DNA of 64,000 nt from Desulfobacteraceae bacterium (GCA_030593145.1 JAUVHU010000005.1:1502-65501); one strand, 5' to 3'. Positions 26,837-35,922 are shown, counted from the first letter of the stretch. Program-made: numbers and translations. The notes: a model not told the origin generated them from the sequence alone.

Positions 26837-27601
26837 GTGCCGCAAATAACTGTAGAACAGATTGAGACGTTTATTTTTATACTCCTCAGGGTAAGCTCGA
26901 TAGTAGTAACCATGCCTATTATCGGGAACAGGACTGTTCCTGCCAGGGTAAAAGGGGGGCTGTCTCTGATGATAGTATTTCTCCTTTTTCCATTTATTAA
27001 ACTCCATATTCCGTCTCCTGACATTCTGCCGTTGGCATTGAGAATGGCCGGGGAGGTTATGATTGGCATCACCATAGGGTTTGCGGGCAGACTGGTCTTT
27101 GCTGGAGTGCAGCTTGCGGGACAGCTTGCAGGCTTTCAAATGGGTTTTGCCATTGTAAATGTGTTTGATCCCATGACCAGCGCGCAGGTTTCAATTATAG
27201 CCCAATTTCAATATCTGCTTGCCATGCTGGTGTTTCTTGCTGTTGACGGCCACCATCTCTTTTTACACGCTATCACGGAAAGTTACAGGATTGTTCCTGC
27301 TTTTGGTTTTCATTTTTCAGGAGAATTAACACAGTCAATCATGGAGTTTTCAAAAGATATGTTTGTCGTTGCAATTAAGACAGGCGCTCCTGTTATCGCA
27401 ATGCTTTTGATGATAAGTATCGGGTTTGGATTGATTGCCAGGACCGTTCCCCAGATTAATATACTTATCGTTGGGTTTCCTGTGAAAATAGCAGTGGGGC
27501 TTATATGTATAGGACTTGCCCTTCCTGTTTTCGTAAGAATGGTTGGCGGTATTTTTCTGAATTTTGGAGAAAAGCTGAACATGCTTTTCCATTTAATGTG
27601 A
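26837..27601 (+). CDS. fliR: Flagellar export apparatus protein FliR.
   Basis: 254 aa polytopic membrane protein. The FliR-like motif is GEVMIGITIGFAGRLVFAGVQLAGQLAGFQMGF. Its position between fliQ and flhB fits. Confidence 0.9.
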   Translation: MPQITVEQIETFIFILLRVSSIVVTMPIIGNRTVPARVKGGLSLMIVFLLFPFIKLHIPSPDILPLALRMAGEVMIGITIGFAGRLVFAGVQLAGQLAGFQMGFAIVNVFDPMTSAQVSIIAQFQYLLAMLVFLAVDGHHLFLHAITESYRIVPAFGFHFSGELTQSIMEFSKDMFVVAIKTGAPVIAMLLMISIGFGLIARTVPQINILIVGFPVKIAVGLICIGLALPVFVRMVGGIFLNFGEKLNMLFHLM

Positions 27602-27617
27602 GGGTTTTTTGACACAA

Positions 27618-27681
27618 GTGTCAGGAATCGGGGGTTAGGTGTCAGGGATTGGGGATTGAGGGCTGATTCCTGACTCCTGAT
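27618..27681. repeat. Family B hairpin between fliR and flhB.
   Basis: GTGTCAGGAATCGGGGGTTAGGTGTCAGGGATTGGGGATTGAGGG - CTGATTCCTGACTCCTGAT. Confidence 0.85.
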
Positions 27682-27692
27682 AACTAAAAAAT

Positions 27693-28769
27693 ATGGCTGA
27701 AGAAAATAAAGATCAGGAAAAGACCGAGCGCGCCAGTCCTAAGAAACGAGAAAAGGCGCGAAAGAAAGGTCAGGTTGTAAAAAGCAGGGAGATTGCGTCT
27801 GTGGCGGTTCTGCTGGTCAGCCTGGCTTTCTTCTGGTTTGGTTCTTCAGCTATGTTTGATAAGATGATGGCTCTTACAAGGTGGTTGATTACCGAGTCCA
27901 GCCAATTCAATGTTAATTATAACAATATCCAGGGTCTTTCAGTCGGTATTGTGTATAAAATTTTCGCCATGCTTTTTCCTCTTCTTTTGGCTGCATTCTC
28001 AATGGCTTTGTTTGCTAATTACGTTCAGGTTGGTTTTGTGCTTTCTTCAGAATCAATGCAGCCGAAACTCTCAAAAATTGATCCGATCAAGGGACTTCAA
28101 AAGTTGTTTTCCATCAAAGGCCTTGTGGAGCTGGTGAAGAATATATTTAAGATTTCGCTGATCGCTTTCGTTGTTTATGTGACTATTAAGGGGGAAATAG
28201 ACAATTTTATTCCATTGATGGACCAGAGCGTGTGGGGAATATTGATTTACATTGGAGAGGTTGCATTCAAGATTATTCTCAGAGTTTGTTTAGCGCTTAT
28301 AATCCTTGCAGTTTTAGATTATATTTATCAGAAGTGGGAATTTGAAAAAAATCTTAAAATGTCAAAGCAGGAGGTAAAGGATGAATTCAAGCAGACAGAA
28401 GGTGATCCTCTTGTAAAGGCAACAATAAAGCGTCTTCAGAGGGATGCTGCCAGAAAAAGAATGATGGCAAGTGTTCCTGAAGCGGATGTGGTTATAACAA
28501 ATCCTACCCATCTCGCCGTTGCGCTTTGCTATGATCAGGCAAGCGCGTCTGCTCCCAAGGTGGTAGCTAAAGGGGCTGGTTTCATAGCTGAGAATATAAA
28601 AGAAATCGCCATAAAAAACAATGTGTCTATTATTGAGAACAAGCCGCTGGCACGAGTATTGTATAAGAATGTTGATGTGGATGAGATAATACCGGAAAAT
28701 TTGTACAAGGCGGTTGCTGAAGTACTGGCATTTGTTTACAGCAAGAAGAATAGTCGAGTAGTTAAATAA
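27693..28769 (+). CDS. flhB: Flagellar export switch protein FlhB.
   Basis: 358 aa. The autocleavage motif is VVITNPTHLAVAL. The C-terminus is APKVVAKGAGFIAENIKEIA..LYKAVAEVLAFVYS. Confidence 0.95.
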   Translation: MAEENKDQEKTERASPKKREKARKKGQVVKSREIASVAVLLVSLAFFWFGSSAMFDKMMALTRWLITESSQFNVNYNNIQGLSVGIVYKIFAMLFPLLLAAFSMALFANYVQVGFVLSSESMQPKLSKIDPIKGLQKLFSIKGLVELVKNIFKISLIAFVVYVTIKGEIDNFIPLMDQSVWGILIYIGEVAFKIILRVCLALIILAVLDYIYQKWEFEKNLKMSKQEVKDEFKQTEGDPLVKATIKRLQRDAARKRMMASVPEADVVITNPTHLAVALCYDQASASAPKVVAKGAGFIAENIKEIAIKNNVSIIENKPLARVLYKNVDVDEIIPENLYKAVAEVLAFVYSKKNSRVVK

Positions 28770-28826
28770 GATGAATTCGTAAAAAGTCAAAAAAGGTGGT
28801 TTTTCGGACTTTTTACGAGTTCATCA
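28769..28826. repeat. Family G palindrome (19-bp stem) directly after the flhB stop.
   Basis: GATGAATTCGTAAAAAGTC - AAAAAAGGTGGTTTTTCG - GACTTTTTACGAGTTCATC. Confidence 0.9.
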
Positions 28827-28827
28827 A

Positions 28828-28920
28828 TAGTTGAGTGGTTGAATCATTAAATAATTGAGCAGTTAAAATAGTCGAGTAGTCGGGTGGTTAAATGGTTGAG
28901 GATTGCGACCACTTGACGAA
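28828..28920. repeat. Family C left-arm-type words running into the annotated flhA 5' end.
   Basis: AGTTGAGTGGTTGAATCATTAAATAATTGAGCAGTTAAAATAGTCGAGTAGTCGGGTGGTTAAATGGTTGAGGATTGCGACCACTTGAC. Confidence 0.8.
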
Positions 28921-31024
28921 GTCTGAAACAGGGTTAAAAATGGTTGATTCTTACGTTAAAACCGGTAATTTCGTCAATTTGTTTAAAGGCAGTAATACTG
29001 TGCTGGCCGCAGGTATAACAGGTATCCTTCTCGTTATGATGATACCGATGCACCCCTTTGCTCTCGATATTCTCCTGTCTTTCAGTATCACTTTTGCTCT
29101 GATTATACTGCTGCTTTCCATTTATACACCAAAACCTATCGATTTTTCCGTTTTTCCATCCATTCTTTTAATTGCAACTTTGCTTCGTTTGTCCCTTAAT
29201 GTGGCTTCCACGCGTCTTATACTTCTCCATGGCAATGAGGGCCCAGGAGCGGCCGGGCAGGTCATCAAGGCATTCGGCACCTTTGTTGTCGGCGGTAATT
29301 ATGTGGTTGGGTTTATAATATTTCTGGTGCTTGTCCTGATTAATTTTATTGTGATAACCAAGGGCGCTACAAGGATAGCCGAAGTGGCGGCAAGATTCAC
29401 TCTGGACGCGATGCCCGGAAAACAGATGAGCATTGACGCTGATCTTAATGCAGGGGTGATTACAGATGCAGAGGCGAGACAAAGGCGGCTTGAAATCGGG
29501 CTGGAATCAAAATTTTATGGCGCAATGGATGGTGCGAGCAAGTTTGTGAGGGGAGATGCAATCGCGGGGATTGTTATTGCCATGATAAATATTCTCGGTG
29601 GTTTGATTGTCGGCGTGCTGCAGCAGGGCATGTCGGTGGCGGATGCTGCTCGCGTTTATACTCTTCTTACAGTAGGTGACGGGCTGGTAACGCAGATTCC
29701 GGCGCTGATTGTATCGACTGCCGCCGGCATGCTTATTTCCAGGTCTACAGCCTCAACTGATTTAGGTAAGGAGATAGGAAGGCAACTCTTTGCCCAGCCA
29801 AAGGTGATTGCTACGGCTTCAATTATCCTGTTAATATTTGGTTTAATTCCAGGCATGCCCAAGATACCTTTTTTGACCATTTCTCTCATAGCGGGAGTTA
29901 TTGCATATAGAATATTTAAATCGTTAAAGAAGGTTGAAGATGTGGAGGAGAAGCCGCAGCCTGAAGCAGTAGAGGAATCCATAGAAGCTCTTTTGCCCCT
30001 TGATAGTCTTGAACTTGAGATGGGATACAGCCTGATACCTCTTGTTGATGCAGAACAGGGTGGTGAATTGCTTGAGAGAATCAAGGGGCTGAGAAGGCAG
30101 ATGGCCGTTGAAATGGGCTTTGTCATGCCTCCAATACACATAAGAGACAATCTGCAGATAAAACCCGGTGAATATGTTGTTAAACTGAAAGGAGTTGAGG
30201 TAGCCAGAGGAGAAATACATATGGGCAAGTATCTGGCAATAACTGCAGGAAATAAAGGCGCAAAGGTAACAGGAATTGAGGCAAGGGAACCTGCTTTTGG
30301 CCTGTCTGCTGTCTGGATAGATGAAAAAGAAAAAGAATCGGTTCAAGCAAAGGGCTTTGTCGTTGTTGATCCGGCTTCCATTATTACGACCCATTTGACT
30401 GAAATTGTAAAAACGCATGCAGATGAACTGTTGGGCAGACAGGAAGTTCAGTCTTTGCTGGATAGTCTGGCAGTGAGCCATCCCAAAGTTATAGAGGAGC
30501 TTATTCCGAATATCGTTCCGCTTGGCACGCTTCAGAAAGTACTACAGAGGCTTTTGAAGGAGAGAATTTCTATTCGCGATATTCTTACCATACTGGAAAC
30601 ATTAGCGGATTATGCGCCTATGACAAAAAATGTCGACATGTTAACAGGGTATGCAAGACAGGCCCTGGCCAGGATGATAACAAAGGAATATAAGGACGCG
30701 GATGGGGACATAACGGTTGTTATGGTTTCTCCCGACATTGAGGACAAAATTAATAAATCTGTTCAGCATACGGAATATGAATCATTTGTTACGGCTGACC
30801 CCACTTTGATACAAGAAGTTGTGGGCAATCTCAAGAAGTTCGTCAAAATTTTCAGCGACAAAGGCCTGCCGCCGGTTATTCTTTGTTCGCCCAATGTCAG
30901 GGGATATTTAAGCAAGATACTGGAAAAGTTTTTCCCTAATATCGTTGTTCTTTCCCACAACGAAATTATTCGTGATGTAAATATCAAATCTCTTGGTATG
31001 CTGGCGGTAAAAGATGCAGATTAA
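28892..31024 (+). CDS. flhA: Flagellar export gate protein FlhA.
   Basis: 710 aa of the FHIPEP family. Motifs are VIKAFGTFVVGGNYVVGFIIFLVL and ITKGATRIAEVAARFTLDAMPGKQMSIDADL. ATG 28892 lies inside the repeat, so ATG 28940 (MVDSYVKTGN..) is a plausible true start. Confidence 0.95.
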   Translation: MVEDCDHLTKSETGLKMVDSYVKTGNFVNLFKGSNTVLAAGITGILLVMMIPMHPFALDILLSFSITFALIILLLSIYTPKPIDFSVFPSILLIATLLRLSLNVASTRLILLHGNEGPGAAGQVIKAFGTFVVGGNYVVGFIIFLVLVLINFIVITKGATRIAEVAARFTLDAMPGKQMSIDADLNAGVITDAEARQRRLEIGLESKFYGAMDGASKFVRGDAIAGIVIAMINILGGLIVGVLQQGMSVADAARVYTLLTVGDGLVTQIPALIVSTAAGMLISRSTASTDLGKEIGRQLFAQPKVIATASIILLIFGLIPGMPKIPFLTISLIAGVIAYRIFKSLKKVEDVEEKPQPEAVEESIEALLPLDSLELEMGYSLIPLVDAEQGGELLERIKGLRRQMAVEMGFVMPPIHIRDNLQIKPGEYVVKLKGVEVARGEIHMGKYLAITAGNKGAKVTGIEAREPAFGLSAVWIDEKEKESVQAKGFVVVDPASIITTHLTEIVKTHADELLGRQEVQSLLDSLAVSHPKVIEELIPNIVPLGTLQKVLQRLLKERISIRDILTILETLADYAPMTKNVDMLTGYARQALARMITKEYKDADGDITVVMVSPDIEDKINKSVQHTEYESFVTADPTLIQEVVGNLKKFVKIFSDKGLPPVILCSPNVRGYLSKILEKFFPNIVVLSHNEIIRDVNIKSLGMLAVKDAD

Positions 31025-32147
31025 AAGATATGATGCGCTGAGTATAAATGAGGCTATGCAGAAGATAAAGGCGGATATGGGCCGGGATGCCATAGTGCTT
31101 TCCAGCAGAAGGCTGAATGGCAGGCTTGAGGTGGTTGCCGCGAGGGATGATAATTATGAAATTCTAAAAGAAAGTGAAGTTGAAAAATGCGAAAAAGAGG
31201 AATCAGATACTTTTTCCATAATCAGGTCGGATGTTAATGAGTTGAAGTCCTTTATTAAGGATTTCAAAAAGCAAGGGGGTGTTTATGCCGAGCTGACTGA
31301 GATAAAGGAGACAATGAGCCTTCTGTTTGATGTTCTTGGCATTCAAAATAATGGAAGAATTTCTTCTCCTCTGTCAAAAGTTTATTATCACCTGATTTCG
31401 ACAGGCGTATCGAAACAACGGGCTTGCGCATTAATAGAGGAGTTGAAGAAGGATAGCCGGGCGGAAGATCCGGATAATTATCATTATACTCTATCTGCTG
31501 TTGAGAATATGATGAAACGATCTATTACTTCTTCTTATAGGAATACGGGGAAAAAGAGGGTCTCCGTCTTTGTCGGTCCCGCGGGTGATGGGAAAACAAC
31601 AACCCTGGCAAAGCTGGCAGCGCGCTGTTTATTCGGAGATAAATTAAATGTAGGTATCATAACAATGGATACATATCGGATAGGCGCGGTGGAACAACTG
31701 AAAAGATATGCTGATATCATGGGTGTTCCCATGGAAGTTGCTTCTGAAAAGAAGGAGTTAGAGAGAGTTTTGAATAAGTTTGCCGACAAAGATGTCGTAC
31801 TGATAGATACGCCGGGGAAAAGTCGTGGTGATGAAAGTTATTTATTGAAATTGAAGAAATGTTTTACGATGGGTCTTTCCATGGAAACGAATCTTGTTTT
31901 AAGCATGACGTCAAGCCAGGAAAGCATGATGGATGCTGTAGCGAGATTTGGTGTTATAAATTATAATAACATTATATTTACTAAGCTGGATGATTCAAAA
32001 AAATTCGGTTCAATTTACAATGTTATTGATCATGTCGGTAAACCGGTGTTCTACGTTGCCAATGGACAAAATGTTCCTCAGGATTTAAATAAAATGGATC
32101 CCGCAAAGCTTGCAAGGCTGATAGTTGGAACAGGGATCAGGAGTTAG
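31014..32147 (+). CDS. flhF: Flagellar SRP-like GTPase FlhF.
   Basis: The N-terminus is MQIKRYDALSINEAMQKIKADMGRDAIVL. The GTPase motifs are GPAGDGKTTT, DTPG and TKLDD. The last codons (GTGIRS) are encoded by a family B arm. Confidence 0.9.
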   Translation: MQIKRYDALSINEAMQKIKADMGRDAIVLSSRRLNGRLEVVAARDDNYEILKESEVEKCEKEESDTFSIIRSDVNELKSFIKDFKKQGGVYAELTEIKETMSLLFDVLGIQNNGRISSPLSKVYYHLISTGVSKQRACALIEELKKDSRAEDPDNYHYTLSAVENMMKRSITSSYRNTGKKRVSVFVGPAGDGKTTTLAKLAARCLFGDKLNVGIITMDTYRIGAVEQLKRYADIMGVPMEVASEKKELERVLNKFADKDVVLIDTPGKSRGDESYLLKLKKCFTMGLSMETNLVLSMTSSQESMMDAVARFGVINYNNIIFTKLDDSKKFGSIYNVIDHVGKPVFYVANGQNVPQDLNKMDPAKLARLIVGTGIRS

Positions 32148-32238
32148 GGATCAGAGGTCAGGGATCAGGGGGCAGGGATCAGAGAACAGGGGAAAGGCGT
32201 AACCGGCTGATCCCCGATCCCCGAAACCTGATCCCCTG
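32131..32238. repeat. Family B hairpin spanning the flhF stop.
   Basis: CAGGGATCAGGAGTTAGGGATCAGAGGTCAGGGATCAGGGGGCAGGGATCAGAGAACAGGGG - AAAGGCGTAACCGG - CTGATCCCCGATCCCCGAAACCTGATCCCCTG. Confidence 0.9.
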
Positions 32239-32255
32239 TAAAGGAGGTAGTTTTA

Positions 32256-33137
32256 GTGGATCAGGCAGGAGTCTTAAGAAAAATGAAGAATAATGGGGTT
32301 TCCCCTGCAATTGAACGAAAAAGATATAATGGCAATACCCGTGTTATCGCTATTACCAGCGGCAAAGGTGGTGTTGGAAAAACAAGTATAACCGCGAATC
32401 TTGCATATATTTTTTCGAAAATGGGGAAAAAAACTTTGTTGCTTGATGCAGATACAGGGTTGGCCAACATAGATGTGATCCTTGGAATTACTACGAAATA
32501 TAATTTATCCCACGTCCTTCGCGGCGAAAAAACCCTGTCCGAGGCTATTGTCGAAGGTCCGGGAGGCATCAAGATTCTGCCGGCGACTTCAGGAATCCGG
32601 GGGATGGTTGAGTTGTCAAAAGGGCAGAAGTTTACTTTGTTGGAAGAGCTGGATGAACTGGATGAAGATTTCGATTTTATGCTTATAGATACAGCCGCTG
32701 GAATTACCGATAACGTCATGTATTTTAATATGGCGGCCAGGGAAATTATCGTAGTTGTTTCACCTGAACCCACGTCATTGACGGATGCTTACGCCTTAAT
32801 CAAAATGCTTTATCAGGATTATAAAGCAAAATGTTTTATGTTGCTTGTCAACATGGTCAAAGATTCGAATGAAGCCGTAGAGGTTTACACGAGATTAAGC
32901 AATGCGACAAATCATTTTCTTGGTCTTCCAATCGAGTATCTGGGGCATATCCCTTATGATCAAAATGTTTCAAAAGCAGTTAGGAAACAAAGACTGCTGG
33001 CTGAGATTTTCTCTGATTCAAAGGCGAGTAAAAGCATGTTTAAAATTATCGAAAAGTTGTGCCTGAAACAGCCGAAAGATTATGAAAACGGGACTATTAA
33101 ATTCTTTGGCAGGTCTAACATTGACAAAAATAGGTAA
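32256..33137 (+). CDS. flhG: MinD-type ATPase FlhG (FleN/YlxH), flagellar number and placement regulator.
   Basis: The deviant Walker A is SGKGGVGKTS and Walker B is MLIDTAAG. It lies between flhF and fliA. GTG 32256 follows an AAGGAGG SD. Confidence 0.9.
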   Translation: MDQAGVLRKMKNNGVSPAIERKRYNGNTRVIAITSGKGGVGKTSITANLAYIFSKMGKKTLLLDADTGLANIDVILGITTKYNLSHVLRGEKTLSEAIVEGPGGIKILPATSGIRGMVELSKGQKFTLLEELDELDEDFDFMLIDTAAGITDNVMYFNMAAREIIVVVSPEPTSLTDAYALIKMLYQDYKAKCFMLLVNMVKDSNEAVEVYTRLSNATNHFLGLPIEYLGHIPYDQNVSKAVRKQRLLAEIFSDSKASKSMFKIIEKLCLKQPKDYENGTIKFFGRSNIDKNR

Positions 33138-33139
33138 TA

Positions 33140-33262
33140 GTTCAGCTACAAAGACACCGAGTCACAAAGGGAAAAAGTTACAGATATTTCTTTTTACTGC
33201 ACATAAAAAATAAATAATCATTTTAGAATGTTAGTGTCTTAGTGCCTTTACGGCTAAACTTA
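33140..33262. repeat. Hairpin with AAGACACCGAGTCACAAAGGG / GTGTCTTAGTGCCTTT arms upstream of fliA.
   Basis: CAGCTACAAAGACACCGAGTCACAAAGGG .. about 60 nt AT-rich loop .. GTTAGTGTCTTAGTGCCTTTACGGCTAAAC. The arm words are shared with 21136-21275. Confidence 0.8.
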
Positions 33263-33269
33263 TACAAAA

Positions 33270-33992
33270 ATGACTGATAAAAAAAAACGCGAGAAACTGA
33301 TAATTAAATATGTGCCTCTTGTTAAGAATATTGTCGGCAGGATTGCCTTGAGACTTCCCGATCATGTGGACACGGATGATCTGATCAGCGCCGGTATAAT
33401 AGGATTGATGTCGGCTCTGGAGAAATTTGACGAAACAAAGAAAGTGCGGTTTGAAACATATGCGCAGTTCAGGATCCGTGGGGCCATATTGGATGAATTA
33501 AGAGCGAGAGACGATGCGCCCAGATCGGTTAGAAGCAAAGAAACGATGCTGAAAGATACACTTGATGTGTTGCGGAAAAAGTTCGGACGTCATCCAACGG
33601 ATGAAGAAATTTCGCATTATCTTGGTATATCACTTAACAATTATTATAAATTTCTTGATGAAGCAAGGGGTGTCCGCATCCTGAGCAATGATGATTTACC
33701 ATCGAGCTACTGTGAAAAATACGGCAGGCATGATGTGTTGGAAAAAATTGATCAAAACAATCCTTTTTTCCTTCTTGCTAACAGAGAACTTAAAAATATA
33801 TTGAAGAATGCAATAGATTCACTTCCCGAAAAAGAGAAACTGGTGTTGTCTCTCTATTATTATGAGGAGTTAACATTAAAGGAAATAGGACTGACATTGA
33901 AATTGACGGAATCAAGAATTTGTCAGATCCACTCCCAGGCAATACTGAGACTAAAGGGCAGCTTGAAAAAAATCAGATATGACATTACTTAG
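33270..33992 (+). CDS. fliA: Flagellar sigma factor FliA (sigma28).
   Basis: 240 aa. Region 2 is LISAGIIGLMSALEKFDETKKVRFETYAQFRIRGAILDELR. Region 4.2 is ELTLKEIGLTLKLTESRICQIHSQAILRLK. Confidence 0.9.
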   Translation: MTDKKKREKLIIKYVPLVKNIVGRIALRLPDHVDTDDLISAGIIGLMSALEKFDETKKVRFETYAQFRIRGAILDELRARDDAPRSVRSKETMLKDTLDVLRKKFGRHPTDEEISHYLGISLNNYYKFLDEARGVRILSNDDLPSSYCEKYGRHDVLEKIDQNNPFFLLANRELKNILKNAIDSLPEKEKLVLSLYYYEELTLKEIGLTLKLTESRICQIHSQAILRLKGSLKKIRYDIT

Positions 33993-34992
33993 ACAAATTG
34001 TTGCCGGATATTATAAAAGGGTGCTGATGGCCGTATGTCTGTGTATTGTGCTGTTTGCAGTCGGCTGGTTTATCAGGGGTAATGGGTCGGGGTCATGGGT
34101 CATCAAGGGTCAGGGATCAGGGATCAGGAGTCAGGGGTCAGGGATCGGGGGGCAGAAGTCAGAAGTTGGAAGTCAGGAGTCGGAGGCCGGAAGTCAGGAG
34201 TCGGAGGCCGGAAGTCAGGGGTCGGAAGTCAGATATCAGATGTCGGAAGTCAGAGGTTGGAAGTCAGAAGTTGGAAGTCAGGAGTCGGAAGTCGGAGGTC
34301 AGGAGTCGGAAGTCGGAAGTCAGGAGTCAGAAGTTGGAAGTCAGGAGTCGGAGGTTGGAAGTCAGGGGTCGGAAGTCAGAGGTCAGGGGTCGGAAGTCGG
34401 AGGTCAGGAGTCGGAAGTCGGAGGTCAGGAGTTGGAAGTCGGAGGTCAGGAGTCGGAAGTTGGAAGTCAGAGGCCGGAAGTCAGAAGTCAGGAGTCGGAA
34501 GTCGGGGGTCAGGAATCGGAGGCCGAAGGTCAGGGGTTGGAAGTCAGATATCAGATGTCGGAAGTCAGAGGTTGGAAGTCAGAAGTTGGAAGTCAGGAGT
34601 CGGAAGTCAGAGGTCAGGAGTCGGAGGCTGGAAGTCAGAGGCCGGAGATCAGAGGTCATGAGCCAATAGGTTCTGTAAAGAAAAGTTTGCCGGTGACTGC
34701 TTCCATGGAAGAACGGTTTGAATATTTTAATGATTTTATTGTTCATTTAAAAGGTGATCGCAGGAAAGACAGAGTGCTGATTTGTGATGTGGTTATTGAA
34801 CTGAATCAAGGGATGAAACTGCCGCAAAAGAGGATTGAGTTGAGAAAGGTCATATATAATACATTGAAAAAACTTTCGGGGTTGTCTGAAATCAAAAGAG
34901 GATTAAAAGAAAAAATTAAAAGCAGCTTGAATAATTTTATGGATGATGAAATAATAAAAGATGTGTACTTTGCTAGGTTTGTTTTATTGTAA
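33979..34992 (+). CDS. FliL-family paralog with a ~195-aa acidic heptad-repeat spacer between the TM helix and the FliL-like domain.
   Basis: TM VLMAVCLCIVLFAVGWFI is followed by about 27 heptads (GSQESEV / GGQESEV ..). The C-terminus FNDFIVHLKGDRRKDRVLICDVVIEL..LRKVIYNTLKKL..LKEKIKSSLNNFM..IKDVYFARFVLL aligns by eye with the FliL at 22998. The start overlaps the fliA stop by 14 nt. Confidence 0.65.
   Translation: MTLLRQIVAGYYKRVLMAVCLCIVLFAVGWFIRGNGSGSWVIKGQGSGIRSQGSGIGGQKSEVGSQESEAGSQESEAGSQGSEVRYQMSEVRGWKSEVGSQESEVGGQESEVGSQESEVGSQESEVGSQGSEVRGQGSEVGGQESEVGGQELEVGGQESEVGSQRPEVRSQESEVGGQESEAEGQGLEVRYQMSEVRGWKSEVGSQESEVRGQESEAGSQRPEIRGHEPIGSVKKSLPVTASMEERFEYFNDFIVHLKGDRRKDRVLICDVVIELNQGMKLPQKRIELRKVIYNTLKKLSGLSEIKRGLKEKIKSSLNNFMDDEIIKDVYFARFVLL
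34074..34660 (+). repeat. Expanded family B repeat (21-nt period, higher-order ~315-bp duplication) inside the FliL paralog. It is stop-free in all three + frames.
   Basis: GGAAGTCAGGAGTCGGAAGTC-type units. The ORF track shows three overlapping + ORFs (33979, 34046, 34095). GTCAGATATCAGATGTCGGAAGTCAGAGGTTGGAAGTCAGAAGTTGGAAGTCAGGAGTCGGAAGTC occurs twice (about 34225 and about 34540). Confidence 0.95.
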
Positions 34993-35022
34993 AATAAATG
35001 AAATAGTGGAATTATTTGAAAA

Positions 35023-35799
35023 ATGGATGAGGACATGAACCAAGAAGAAATTTTCAAGAAACTGGAAAAAGAATTTGAATCGACTTTTGTGGAACTTGTT
35101 TCCGGCATTATTCACGACTTCGCCAACCCCTTAAATGGGATTTTGGGTCGTTCTGAGCTTTTGGAGGCAAAGGCGGAGCACCTTAAACTTATTATAAACG
35201 ATAAAGATAATATAGATGCCGAGATCCTGGAAGGTTGCAAAAAGATAATTTATGATTCCGGCTTGATTGCAAAGGAAGCGAACAGGCTTTTTGGCCTGTT
35301 TAATGATGTGACAGGAAAATTTCAGAGTCTGAGTAACGCTGCCTTACAAAAAATCAATTTATCCGAGCTTGTAGAGGCTGAAATGAAATTCCTTCAGTTT
35401 TACCGGAATATTAAGCATGATATTAAAAAGAAACTAACATTGGACAGGGAAATCCCGGAAATATCAGGAGTAAAAGCCGATTATTCCATTTTTCTGTCGG
35501 CGATAATCAGACGTTCTGTAAATTCCATGAAAGACAGCGAATTAAAGGAGCTGGTTGTTTCCACAGGTCATGATGATTCACATGTATATGTCAAAATTGA
35601 GGATACCGGAACGCCCATTCCCGAGATCGAAATAAAAGAAATAATCGAAAATTGGAATTCATCCGACTATCCACTTCATGATTTGAATGAAGATAACAGG
35701 TTGTTATATGCGCTATTTCTCTTGAAAAAATATGGAGTTCTTTTTCAGATTACACATGAGTCGGGTTTTAATGTTATTTTGATAAAGATACCTTATTGA
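35023..35799 (+). CDS. Sensor-less histidine-kinase-like protein with a degenerate ATP-binding domain.
   Basis: The H-box is IHDFANPLNGILGRSELL. The HATPase-like region has KIEDTGTPIP (G1-like), but I see no GxGxG G2 box (LYALFLLKKYG in its place). There is no TM or sensor domain. Confidence 0.55.
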   Translation: MDEDMNQEEIFKKLEKEFESTFVELVSGIIHDFANPLNGILGRSELLEAKAEHLKLIINDKDNIDAEILEGCKKIIYDSGLIAKEANRLFGLFNDVTGKFQSLSNAALQKINLSELVEAEMKFLQFYRNIKHDIKKKLTLDREIPEISGVKADYSIFLSAIIRRSVNSMKDSELKELVVSTGHDDSHVYVKIEDTGTPIPEIEIKEIIENWNSSDYPLHDLNEDNRLLYALFLLKKYGVLFQITHESGFNVILIKIPY

Positions 35800-35890
35800 G
35801 GATTTAGGGATTGGGAAATTGAGGGATTGTGGAATTAAAATCAATATAATACATTTAATTCCCAAATTCCTAAATTCGCAATTAAGCGAA
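35799..35890. repeat. Family E hairpin (core GGAATTAAAATCAATA, tail AATTAAGCGAA).
   Basis: GGATTTAGGGATTGGGAAATTGAGGGATTGTGGAATTAAAATCAATATAATACATTTAATTCCCAAATTCCTAAATTCGCAATTAAGCGAA. Confidence 0.85.
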
Positions 35891-35894
35891 CAGC

Positions 35895-35922
35895 TAAAGA
35901 TTATAATAGATTATGACGATAA
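35895..35922 (+). promoter_or_regulatory. Sigma28-type promoter.
   Basis: TAAA-N16-GACGATAA has the same spacing as the flgM promoter at 43401. It lies about 65 nt upstream of ATG 35987. Confidence 0.5.

Noticed and set aside
34046-34669. Two additional long + strand ORFs (34046-34669 and 34095-34661) overlap the FliL-paralog repeat in the other two frames.
   Set aside because: They exist only because the 21-nt repeat lacks stop codons in every + frame. They have no SD and no non-repeat sequence. They also do not connect to the TM helix or the FliL-like domain, which only frame 33979 joins.
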